Shown here piece after piece: positions 50,626 to 62,160 of a stretch of DNA of 64,000 bases; the first letter of the stretch is position 1, and every line of letters begins with the position of its first letter. Source of the DNA: Curvularia clavata (taxonomy: Eukaryota); the NCBI GenBank assembly GCA_023920165.1, contig CP089276.1, positions 1,674,001-1,738,000 on the forward strand, in the 5' to 3' direction. Made by a program: the position numbers and the translations under genes. The notes beneath the pieces are model-generated. The model did no database searches. It saw nothing but the letters and a program-made list of their open reading frames with translations, and had not been told where the DNA came from.

Positions 50626-51518
50626 ATGCGATGGCCCTGGTCAGGCGAAGACGATGACCAAAAGAAGAGCAGCGTCTCTTCATGGGCCGCGTCAATTGAT
50701 CTTGCAGGGTCATGGACTGAGCCGCGGACCCTGATTCCATCATTGGCGCTAACAGCATCAATGGTTGCTGCTGTTCGCTTCTACAAAGCGTATCTACGAA
50801 GGATACCTACAGTCAACCACATCAAGCCAAACTACTTCCGCCGCAAGAGCATTTTTGGCCAAGTCACGAGTGTGGGCGATGCAGACAATTTCAGACTGTA
50901 CCATACACCAGGCGGAAGAATAGCAGGGTGGGGCTGGCTCCCTTGGAAGAGGGTGCCGACCAAGAAAGAAGCCTTGGCTCAGCAGACGGTGAGTGTTGCT
51001 TAGCAGCCGAGTCCAATTGCTCTATCCTGGGCTTGTACAGCTGTCAAACCAGCCACTGACTAGACCAACAGCTTCATATACGCATCGCTGGCGTGGACGC
51101 GCCTGAACTTGCACACTGGGGCAGGGAGGCTCAGCCATTTGCAAAGGAAGCCCATGACTGGCTCATCAACTACATCCACCATCGCCGAGTACGCGCATAC
51201 ATATACAGGCGTGACCAGTACGACCGCGTGGTAGCTCAGGTTCATGTGCGCCAGTGGCTCCTTAAGAAAGACGTAGGATTGGAAATGTTGAAGGCAGGAT
51301 TAGCAACAGTGTATGAAGCCAAGTCCGGTGCCGAGTTTGGTGGTGTTGAAGACCAGTACCGAGCTGCAGAGAAGAAGGCTCGACAGAACCAGGTTGGAAT
51401 GTGGGCCAAGCCGAGTTTGAGGCAGAGACTGAGCGGTGTGCAAGCGAAGACATTGGAGAGTCCACGAGAGTACAAGGCTCGGCACAGCGCAGCAGACAAG
51501 GCGAAGAAGGCAGGATGA
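50626..51518 (+). CDS. LCL3: Staphylococcal-nuclease-like endonuclease Lcl3
   Basis: [38 protein letters not shown]-terminal hydrophobic segment. Intron 50989-51071. Confidence 0.9.
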
Positions 51519-52453
51519 GATGACTCTTCCACGAGGAGAACTGCGATGCGTACAGTAGACGCGGGAACAGATCGGGATTGCGATCGAGGCAATCTCACTC
51601 ATAGCGCCGGCCAATGCCAGTATTTGGCCGTACGGGCCGACGACCCCACAAAGCCCTCTGAAAAACCTGGGAGTTTGTCAATGACTGTGCTATGGCGGTT
51701 ACAAAATTTTGTAAAGGTTGCTGGGCGGCTCCACCATTCCCACGGAATGTAGTCTAGGGTTGGGCAGGGTACGAATCATGCTAGATATCCTGACAGGGAA
51801 ATATGACTACCCAAGAAGCGTGCCGGGCCCTCAAAAGCAGTAATGCAATGTCGACGCACGTGCGCTAGGGTTCGCAAGCTAGGACCAGTGTGACTGTGTT
51901 TGAAAAAGCTCTGCAAGACGACGTCAAAATTTCTGCTCATCGGCGCTGGGTGCCAACAACGGTCGGGGTATCGATCTTCGGCGCCGTGATCGGTCCTCCA
52001 CATTGGCGTTGTGTTATGATGAGACAGGACAATGGACGGACGAGCAGGCCGGCAATGACGGGGCATGTTTATGTAGTTGTTGATTCACCACATGGATGCG
52101 CGAGAGCATTTGAGCCCGCAAAAGTCAGCGTGCAATTGAGATGTTGTCCAGCTTCTCTTTATTGTGTCATTGATGATCGCCGTCGGTCTTATCTGAGCGT
52201 TATCGGAGAGAGCTTGATTGGCCCGTCGCACATCACTGGATTTTTTTTGGCTGCCGCATAGCAGCTTTCCCCACAGATTGTTCATAAACTTTGAGGGAGT
52301 CATTCGTGCTCTGGCTCCGCTAAGGGTCAAGCTGTAGCCCTTTAATTGCCTCCTGCCGGCCACCGACCGACCTTTTCCCAGCGCGTTGCGTCGCCCTTCT
52401 TTGTCGCTCTCACCCACATCGAGCCCGAAGCTCACAAGCTTGTCCGCCTGCAA

Positions 52454-55400
52454 ATGGCTCTCTGCGGGCGTCTAGCACGTCGCGTACCTACCCTCACAGG
52501 TCAAACCCGCTCAATTGCATCCACATGCTCGCGGAGTTTTACATCTCGAGCCGCTCGTCCTCTGACTGGCCTCCGCTCGAGCAGTGAGTCGCCTGCCGTC
52601 CACCGGCAACTGCGGGCATTCACAAAAGTTGCGACAACATGGAACAAGACACAGACAGCACCCAATGCCGAGGCCTACCTCAAGAGCGGCGTCATTTCCG
52701 GTGCTCAGGATCTTGTGGACGTGAAGAAGGTCCTGGTCATTGGTAGTGGTGGTCTCAGCATTGGTCAGGCGGGAGAGTTTGACTACTCAGGTGCGCAAAC
52801 ACAAAGAAAATCAACATGCGAAAAATGACTCCATACTCATTGAATTCCAGGTTCGCAAGCGCTCAAGGCATTGAGGGAAGCGGGCGTCAAATCCGTTCTG
52901 CTCAACCCCAACATTGCTACTATTCAGACATCCCACGTGCTCGCCGATGAAATCTACTACTTGCCTGTAACCCCCGAATACGCCGAATATGTTATCCAAA
53001 AGGAGAAGCCCGATGGTATCTTCCTCAGCTTTGGTGGCCAGACTGCACTGAACCTGGGTGTCCAGATGGACGCCAAAGGCATTTTCGAAAAGTACGGTGT
53101 CAAGGTGCTCGGTACTAGCGTCCAGACTCTCAAGACGAGCGAGGACCGTGACCTTTTCGCCCGTGCTCTAGAAGAAATCAACATCCCCATCGCCAAGTCA
53201 ATTGCCGTTTCCTCGGTTGACGAGGCATTGGACGCTGCCGAGAAGGTCGGATACCCCATCATTGTCCGCGCTGCGTATGCGCTCGGTGGTCTTGGTTCTG
53301 GTTTCGCAAACAACCCCGAGGAGTTGAAGAACCTCTCGGCTCGTTCCCTCACTCTGTCGCCCCAGATCTTGGTCGAGAAGTCGCTCAAGGGATGGAAGGA
53401 GGCTGAGTACGAGGTTGTGCGTGATGCTAGCGACAACTGCATTACCGTCTGCAACATGGAGAATTTTGATCCTCTTGGTGTCCACACTGGTGACAGTATC
53501 GTTGTCTCGCCAAGTCAAACATTCAGTGACGAGGAATACCACATGCTCCGCTCTGCCTCGATCAAGATTGTTCGCCACTTGGGAGTCGTCGGAGAGTGCA
53601 ACGTACAATACTGCCTGCAGCCAGACGGTCTCGACTACCGGGTCATTGAAGTCAACGCCCGTCTCTCCCGTTCCTCCGCACTGGCATCCAAGGCAACTGG
53701 TTACCCTCTGGCCTACACTGCGGCCAAGATTGGTCTTGGACACACGCTCCCCGAACTGCCAAACGCCGTTACCAAGACTACGACCGCAAACTTCGAGCCC
53801 AGTCTGGACTACGTTGTTACCAAGATGCCTCGATGGGATCTCAGCAAGTTCCAGAACGTCAAGCGCGACATTGGCAGCTCCATGAAGTCGGTCGGTGAGG
53901 TCATGGCTATTGGTCGTACATTCGAAGAGTCTTTCCAGAAGGCCTGCCGACAGGTCGACCCCAAGTACCTCGGTTTCCAGGGTGAGAAGTACGGCGAGAA
54001 CCTCGACGAGGAGCTCAAGAACCCTACCGATCGCCGATGGCTCGCTGTTGGTCAGGCTCTGTTCCATGAAGGCTACTCGGTCGACAAGGTCCACGATCTC
54101 ACCAAGATTGACAAGTGGTTCCTGCACAAGCTGCAGAACATTGTCGACTGCACAAAGGAGCTCGAGAAGATTGGCAGCCTGTTTGGCCTCAAGAAGGAAA
54201 TCATCCTCAAGGCCAAGAAGCTCGGTTTCTCTGACAAGCAGATTGCAAAGGCCGTCAACAGCACAGAAGACGAGGTCCGCGCCCGCAGGACAGGCTTTGG
54301 CATCAGGCCGTGGGTCAAGAGGATCGACACATTGGCTGCTGAGTTCCCGGCAAATACGAATTACCTTTACACCACCTACAACGCCTCTTCCCACGACGTT
54401 ACCTTTGATGACCACGGTGTCATCGTTCTTGGCAGCGGTGTCTACCGCATTGGAAGTTCGGTCGAGTTCGATTGGTGCGCTGTCAACGCTACCCGCTCCC
54501 TCAACGCCCTCGGCAAGAAGACTGTCATGATCAACTACAATCCAGAGACATACAGTACCGACTTTGATGTCGCCGACAAGCTTTACTTTGAAGAGCTCAG
54601 CTACGAGCGCGTCATGGATATCTACGAGCTCGAAACCGCTAGCGGTGTTGTCGTCTCTGTCGGTGGCCAGCTTCCTCAGAACATTGCTCTCAAGCTGCAA
54701 GAGTCTGGCAAGGCTAAGGTTCTTGGAACCGACCCTGCAGACATTGACAAGGCCGAGGATCGCCACAAGTTCTCTTCCATCCTCGACTCTATTGGTGTAG
54801 ACCAGCCAGCCTGGAAAGAGCTCACTTCCTACGAGGATGCCAAGCAGTTTGCATCCTCAGTAGGATACCCAGTCCTTGTCCGCCCGTCCTACGTTCTTTC
54901 TGGTGCTGCCATGACTGTCATCCGTGGAGAGGATGAGCTCAAGGAGAAGCTCCTCGCTGCTTCCAACGTCTCGCCCGACCACCCAGTCGTCATCACCAAG
55001 TTCATCGACGGTGCTCAGGAGATTGACTGCGATGCTGTCGCCTCCAACGGAAACGTCCTCGTCCACGCCATCAGTGAGCACGTTGAGAACGCTGGTGTTC
55101 ACTCCGGTGACGCCACCCTTGTCCTGCCACCTGTCAACCTTGACAAGCGCATTCAAGAGCGTGTCAAGGAGATTGCCGACAAGGTCGCCAAGGCCTGGAA
55201 CATCACCGGTCCCTTCAACATGCAGATCATCAAGGAAGAGGTCGAGGGCTCTGAGCCAAACCTCAAGGTCATCGAGTGCAACCTCCGTGCTTCCCGTTCA
55301 TTCCCCTTCGTCAGCAAGGTTCTCGGCACCAACTTCATCGACGTTGCCACAAAGGCTCTTGTCGGCCGTGACGTCCCTGAGCCTACTGACCTCATGGCTG

Positions 55401-56079
55401 TCGAGAGAAACTACCTCGCTACCAAGGTCCCTCAATTCTCCTGGACCAGGTTGGCTGGCGCTGATCCCTACCTCGGTGTAGAGATGTCTTCCACTGGCGA
55501 GATGGCTTGCTTCGGTAAGGATCTTGTCGAGGCCTACTGGGCGTCTGCGCAATCACAGATGAACTTCCGCCTTCCCCAGCCCGGTGAGGGTCTCCTGTTC
55601 GGTGGTGATGTCACTCCTGGCTCGCTGCACTCCAACTCCCTGATCCAGATTGCCAAGTACGTGCACAAGCTCGGCTACAGGTTCCTTGCCGCCAACAAGG
55701 AAGTCAAGGAGCTTCTGGAGAAGAGCACCGAGGGCATCACTGTCGATGTCATCGAGTTCCCCAAGGATGACAAGAGGAAGCTGCGTGAGGTGTTTGAGAA
55801 GAACGACATCCGCGGCTGCTTCAACTTGGCCAAGTATAGGGCCAACGGTCTGTTTGATGAAGACTACGTGATGAGGAGGAACGCTGTCGACTTTGGCGTG
55901 CCACTGTTCATGGAGCCTAAGGTGAGTTTTACTGCTTGATATTCATGATTTGCATGGCTAACGAACTCTAGACTGCTGTTCTGTTTGCTCAATGTATGAG
56001 CGAGAAGCTCCCCAAGAAGGAGGGCATCCCCAGCGAGGTCAGGTCATGGAGTGACTTTGTCGGCGGTCGACCATTGTAA
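52454..56079 (+). CDS. CPA2: Arginine-specific carbamoyl-phosphate synthase large chain (mitochondrial presequence)
   Basis: [26 protein letters not shown]; two ATP-grasp halves; Arg-rich presequence; no glutaminase or ATCase domain. Introns 52791-52850 and 55922-55971. Confidence 0.95.
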
Positions 56080-56849
56080 GCGGCCTATTGAGTGCTCAAA
56101 CTCAGACATGGGAAAATGGAGTACTTGGATTCAAGATCTAGCCGAAGCTGGCCCTACGATCGGAGTGTGTTTCTCAGGAAAAGGTTGGGATAAAATTATG
56201 TTCTAGTATGTACAGCGTTGTCGTGTCACGACCAACTGCATTTGCAGTTCAGAGTCGTGATGTTATCTTTACTTTTGGCCTGGTGGGAATTTTCATCACT
56301 TGTGTGGCTAGGTAACACAGATATTTATGTAGTTCAATCTGAGCTTATCATGTTTTAGTATTCAACACCTTTCGACCGAATTCCAGTTTAACTATAGTTT
56401 TTTGCTTTTGAGAAGCAGCTAGTCTCACCAATTCGGAGTTTGGAAAGAAAACAGGGCTGCCATGTAGTTGCGGACCTTGGTACATGTGCCCGCGATATGT
56501 GACTTGCGCCGTAGTATTTATCGCCAACCCCGGAGACCATACCGATTGTGGCCTTAAGACGGAAAACTATCCTGCCCACGGCGTAATCAGCTGCTGTGGC
56601 ACACTCGAGCCGTGTCCAGACGCGAATCATGAGTGTCGATCGTGCAGCGTGGTGGTGCAAGTATACGTCATTAGCAGGTGGGGCAAGGGGCTACCAGGGT
56701 CCTCGTGGAGGGGCAAGACGGAGCTGGAGCTACAGCCGCAGGTGTCATTTAGATACCTTGATTTCCTGCTCTCAGGAACCCAGATCTCTTTTCTCCTCTT
56801 CAAACTTGAATCCAATCTTGATAACTGCTCCCAACAATTGCTACGTACA

Positions 56850-57059
56850 GTAAGTTGCTTCCTTCCTTGCACGAACCTCTTGCGTTGGTTGTATTGCAGT
56901 CGCATTGAGACCTACCCCGCATGCAATTGGGCTGCCCCTGAGCTTCCCAATGAGCTCAAACAAGCTGGCAAACTTGATCTTGTTCCTCATCACAGGAGCA
57001 TTGACATCTTGCGTCATCTGCTCGACGCTTCTCGCTCTACTCTACTAACACAACCCCAG
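56850..57059 (+). other. Predicted 5'-UTR intron of the Gly-rich repeat gene
   Basis: GTAAGT donor, TACTAAC branch point and CAG acceptor 17 nt before ATG 57077. Confidence 0.65.
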
Positions 57060-57076
57060 ATCTCTAAGCTCTAACC

Positions 57077-58562
57077 ATGTCTTACAACGATGAACGCAGC
57101 GAGTACGGCCAGTCCGGCCGCTCCCAGGGTGGATACTCTGGCGGCGGAAGCGGCTACGGAGACGACAACAGGTCGGGTGGTTATGGAGGTGACAATGATC
57201 GCCCATCAGGTGGCTACGGAGGCCGTGACAATGACAATGACCGACCATCCGGTGGTTACGGTGGCAGCTCAGGTGGTTACGGCGGTAACTCACGACGTGA
57301 TGACGACAATGATCGTCCATCGGGCGGCTATGGAAGCTCGAGGCGTGACGATGATAACGACCGCCCATCAGGCGGTTACGGAAGCTCAAAACGTGATGAT
57401 GACCGCCCGTCTGGTGGTTACGGCGGCAGTTCAGGTGGTGGCTATGGTAGCTCGGGACGCAATGATGACAATGATCGCCCATCAGGCGGTTATGGAGGCT
57501 CAAGACGCGATGATGATAATGACCGCCCATCTGGTGGTTACGGTGGCAGCTCTGGAGGCAGTTACGGCGGTAACTCAAGGCGTGATGACGATAACGACCG
57601 CCCCTCAGGCGGCTATGGAGGCTCACGACGGGATGATGACAACGACAAACCTTCGGGCGGTTACGGAAGTTCAAGGCGCGACGACGATAATGACCGCCCC
57701 TCAGGTGGCTATGGAGGCAGCTCAGGAGGATATGGCGGGTCGGGACGCAAGGACGACAACGATCGTCCCTCAGGTGGCTATGGAGGCTCAAGACGCGATG
57801 ACGATAATGACCGCCCCTCAGGTGGCTACGGAGGTAGCTCTGGGGGCGGTTATGGAGGCAACTCTAGGCGTGACGATGACAACGACCGTCCGTCTGGCGG
57901 TTACGGAGGTAGCTCAGAAGGGCACAGTGGATCCGGTAACCACGGGGGCCAGCACTCTTCTGGCACCTCCTACGGTGGAGGCGGTGCGTATGGAGGATCT
58001 TCCGACGATTTCTCTGGCGCAGCCCAGCACGCTGCCTCGGAATACGGCAACAGTGGTGACTCCAGCCTGTTTACCAGCGCCCTCGGTATGCTGTCCGGCA
58101 ACAAGCAGAAATATCAAAATGAGAGCGTGGACGAGGATGATGCCATCAAGCAGCACGAGAAGTTCTATGGAAACGGAGGCAGTGGAGGAGGCCAGGCCAG
58201 CGCCAACAATGTTGGTGCCGCTGCTGCTATGCAGGCATTGAAGATGTTCAACAACAGTAGCAATGAGGATGCCAAGGGTGGACAGAACAAGTTCATCGGC
58301 ATGGCTATGGGTCAGGCTGCCCAGCTGTTTGACAAGCAGCAGAGCCAGGGCAACACGGTAGGTCTCTTGACCTTTGTATTGAAACAGCCACTAACAGAAG
58401 CAGGACCCGAGCGCTACTAAGCAAGATGCCGTTATGCAAGCTGGAAAGATGGCTCTTCAGTTCTACATGAAGTCACAAATGGGCGGAGGCAGTGGTGGAG
58501 GCAGCTCTGGCGGTGCTCTTGGCGGTGTGCTCAACATGGCCAGCCAGTTCCTGTCAAAGTAG
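57077..58562 (+). CDS. Gly/Ser/Asp/Tyr repeat protein with a C-terminal helical domain resembling fungal 'beta-flanking protein'
   Basis: 13 x D[RK]PSGGYG repeats, then [13 protein letters not shown]...[12 protein letters not shown]...[14 protein letters not shown]. Intron 58358-58403. Last exon [24 protein letters not shown]...LSK. Family name recalled, not searched. Confidence 0.8.
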
Positions 58563-59248
58563 AGTCGTCACACAGGATTGACCTAGTTTGTGGAAGAGGG
58601 TATTATTGAAGTCAAAAATCTGAATTTGTCATTTATCATACATGGTGCCATTGGTTCTAGTGCGGTGACACGCGAATAGTTTTTTCAATTAATTGAGGAG
58701 GACATTGATAATGAACATCCTGTCTTTGTCTCTCTCATTGAACTTTCTATTTCGAGTTGGATGAGGAAGCTCGTATCCTACTCTTCGATTATAGAGAGCA
58801 GTGTATTCACTGTTCAACTAGGATGGTATGGCGGCCACCCTCGTTCCCGAAATCAACGCTACCAAACATTTGACATTACTAGAGTGAGAGGATCGAAGCT
58901 CTATAAGACATACTCCTAACAAGAAATATAATGTGGTCAGTCTAAACGCGCATTTGTGAATGGTTTTCGTCAGAAATGCTACCAAGTTCAAGGTTGAGGC
59001 CTGATGCACCTGCCTTGGTAGGAAACGCGACCTTCCGACGCGACAACCCGAAACCCAGCCTACACCTGAGCTTGCCGTGACGCATTGAGCACCTCACACA
59101 CACCACCTCACTTCACCGGCCCTACTTCTCGGCGGATAATGCGGTCATATATAGAGAACTTGGCGTCGCACTCATTGGCCATGACGGACAGCTCTCAAGT
59201 TGCTTGTTTTCCCTTGCTACTGCAAAACTAACCCCACAAATCTGATTC

Positions 59249-60071
59249 ATGAGTGACCCATCAACATCTCGTGCACCACCACTGCCGCATCTTGATCTCC
59301 CTGCTGCAGCCCTGCATACTTACAGCCGTGCGCCAGACGAATCGCATCCAGACTCTGAAGATGCGGTACGATATGAACGGCAACGCGTTGCAAAAGAGCT
59401 AGGGCCTGTGGGGTGCAAGAGGACCATGACGCCAGGCACAGCGCATGCGACACCAAGTTTTGCCAGTCTACGATCAAGAAATGTGTCACTGACGAGTCGG
59501 GACAATGCATCGAGGGGCGAGCTAAGGCAGTATCCCAGCACACAGCCAGATGTACAGGAAGAAGAGGCTGTGTACAGCGCAGCAGAAAGAAGCAAGCCAC
59601 GGTTCTACGACCCAATCGTCAAGTTCTGGACTACGCAGATCAGTCTCACCATGGACGAGGGAACACACAGAGATCATCTTGGTACGTCACTCGTTGTTCC
59701 CACACCCAAGCATGCAGCCTGACAGACCTCGAGCGCTTGAACGCACTTTTCTCGGGTACCTCCGCACCTCGCTTCTCCTGGTAGTCACAGGCGTCACCAC
59801 GGCCCAGCTCTTCTATCTGCAGCACCATCCGCATCCCAATCCTCAGTTTGGCTTCTACAGGATCGGGAAGCCTCTGTCGGCACTCTTTATCTGCATGGGT
59901 ATCGTGGTCGTGCTCCTCGGCGCGATACGCTGCTGGCGGCTGCAGAGAGCTTTGGTGAGGGGCAAGGCTATAGCTGGTGGATGGGAAGTCAGTCTGATCA
60001 TGGGCCTGGTCGGGTCATTGCTGCTAGGGGTGTTTGGGCTCGTTCTGGGGGTGAATATTGAGAAGGGGTAG
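59249..60071 (+). CDS. DUF202 membrane protein
   Basis: Spliced RDHLALERTFLGYLRTS matches the DUF202 motif, followed by 3 TMs. Intron 59682-59733. Confidence 0.82.
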
Positions 60072-60160
60072 CCCGGGAAGTGAGTGAATCTATACTCACC
60101 GAATCTACGTAAACCAGTAGCTCAAATCCGCCTAAGAGAAGATACAACTCGTGTGATGTC

Positions 60161-60357
60161 CTTTCTGACAACTAGCGAAGACGGAAATCAAATGCAAGCT
60201 ATCAGCGAATTTGATGATAACGGGGTCCTAAGTGCGAAGTAGGTAGTAAGTAATCAATAGCTACGACAACTACAGCTACATTTCGAAGTAGAAGTAGTGC
60301 TTTTGAAACAATGCATAGTGGCCACCATTTCCCGGTTCATCAGGTGTAGGAGATACA
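60161..60357. repeat. Diverged copy of the ~100-bp repeat unit at 5309-5603
   Basis: GACAACTACAGCTA at 60265, then TTTCGAA, AATGCA and GGCCACCATTT; a partial TGACAACTA..CAAATGCAAG unit lies 98 bp upstream. Confidence 0.65.
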
Positions 60358-60532
60358 ATTTACCAAGTCTGTTGTTTGGTTTAGCAATGAGTGGGTGGGA
60401 AATGAAAGCAAGCCCCTTTTGCGGTGACGTAAGCCGTGCCAAAAAGGAAAAGGTCAACTGACGAAGCAAAAAAGAAACGTCAACACCCACCCACCATCAT
60501 TGAGAGATGTACAGAAGAGCAAAAAGATGATT

Positions 60533-60627
60533 TTCCGACACCGGGAATCGAACCCGGGCCTTGCCGGCGCTGAGGCGAACTGACTCTCGATGAGAGCGGC
60601 AAATCCTAGCCACTAGACCATATCGGA
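60533..60627 (-). tRNA. tRNA-Glu(CTC) with 23-nt intron
   Basis: TCCGATA acceptor stem, TGGTCTAGTGG A box, anticodon arm TGCCG-CT-CTC-A-[intron 60568-60590]-C-CGGCA, GGTTCGATTCC B box, T5 terminator at 60521-60525. Confidence 0.95.
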
Positions 60628-61206
60628 TGTTGTTTACTTGATAGAAGTTTTTGAACTCGAACATAATATATTTGCTGGCTATAATTGTACAAGAGGAGCA
60701 ATGAAGCCCTCTGGCCATGATTAAGAATGTACTTCAGCTTGCTTGTGCGTCCCAATTGATGCCGATCTCCTCCGAGTCTCTTGTTTAACCCAATGCAGCC
60801 TTATAAACCTCAAGCAACCAGGAGCCCAGGTAGCACAAGACTGAGCATGATAAAGCATGTATTGACGTTCAAAGTTTCCAGTAACCACCACTACCCTCTT
60901 AAGACGATCATCGTAGAACTGGAGTTCAATCAGCTAGATGTGGATACAACGACAGCAAGTCATGGTATATAAATCGGTGATATCTAGGACACAGCGATGT
61001 CAACCGATGACTCAATAGCAATTATTCTCCTGTGTTTTACTGAACCCGAAAATTCCGTGCACCCACTACAAATCGCAGATAACGATTGTACTGCAGTTCT
61101 TTGCAGCTTTGCTACATGAGAACAGGGGACAAAGTGAAAGTCTCAACTGCCACATGCAAAATTGAGGGCCTCGACAGATTTGAGCAGGTCGTTGATACTT
61201 ACTATC

Positions 61207-61501
61207 ATGCCATATGCATCCTCATTCATAGACCTCAGCATAATGCCCCGAACCAACCACCGCTCGAGCTCTGCAAACCCATTTCGGGCTGTTCGGTCAG
61301 AGTTCAACAATCTACTCGCGAATCTAACCAATCCGAATGCGCTAAACAAAAGCCTCCGGTCAGAACCGTTTACAATGTTTTGTCTCGGGATGGCCCTGCA
61401 TGGTTTGTATGGCAGGTTGCATGACAGAACGCACTAGCTGACCGGTAGCGCTTACTTTCCACCTCATTTTATTTTCAACATCAGGCAAAAATCGAGTCTA
61501 G
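61207..61501 (+). CDS. Candidate 82-aa tail-anchored microprotein
   Basis: ATG 61207; intron 61403-61448 (GTTTGT..GCTGAC..TAG) yields C-terminus FTMFCLGMALHALTFHLILFSTSGKNRV*. TATATAAA at 60966. Confidence 0.4.
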
Positions 61502-62160
61502 ATGTACAAGTGCTTAGAGAGCGAGAGCGAAAACTCTGTTATCTCTGCGCAACTGATGGCGTATTCTAGCACCTACTTTAGTAGCCTTAAGTAAAGAGTG
61601 ACTAAATAGTGCTTCTGGTCGGGGGCGAGCTGGATTTCTCATCCCGTCGCCGTGAACTATTGGAGGTGCGGGGCAAACCCGAATTGCAGCGAGCACGTGT
61701 GTGATGGGATGTCGGTATGTCATCGACGTACGGATCGCAAACGGAAACGTGCCATGTGGCGAAACACATAGCACAGGCTTTGAGGCAGAAAAAGCAACAA
61801 AACCACTGCGATACGTCGCTGCTGTGGGTTTGCACGAAACACAGGATCTGCACCTAATGGCACCTGCTGTCTAGGCAGATGTTTGATGTTGTCGTGACGC
61901 TGGCGAGAGTTTGTTGTGAGAAGCCCCAAACCCTGCGCTCGGACCCTGACGCAATGGGATGACACTCCGCCTTAAAGTTCGACCTCCCACTGCATCCTCG
62001 GTGGAATAACCCCCATCTCGACTTTTTATCCCTCTGTCAACGCGGCACAACGCCCTAACTTGCATCCGCCCTACTCCGAGAGCCTCGCGGCGATACACAA
62101 AGGCTCATACGCCTCGACTACTGCCTGGACGAGCGCGAACGGCGCTGCGACTCCGTCATC

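Noticed and set aside
53198..54766. 522-aa antisense ORF over CPA2 (likewise 28134-29126, 14496-15377, 6030-6800)
   Set aside because: Mirror-frame ORFs are expected when highly biased genes avoid TTA/CTA/TCA codons; no independent coding features.
150..56079. ORT1 and CPA2 as an arginine gene cluster
   Set aside because: They are 51 kb apart with many unrelated genes between them.
56484..57074. 196-aa ORF ending in SKL (PTS1-like)
   Set aside because: It overlaps the promoter and a consensus 5'-UTR intron of the next gene, and its composition is not protein-like. SKL is probably chance.
57090..58241. 383-aa +1-frame ORF overlapping the Gly-rich repeat protein
   Set aside because: Stops in this frame need Leu/Ile/Val/Met codons in the main frame, which the repeat lacks, so the open frame is a trivial consequence.
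61969..61979. Zap1-type zinc-responsive element upstream of ZRC1 (GCCTTAAAGTT)
   Set aside because: Two mismatches to ACCTTNAAGGT; too weak to call.
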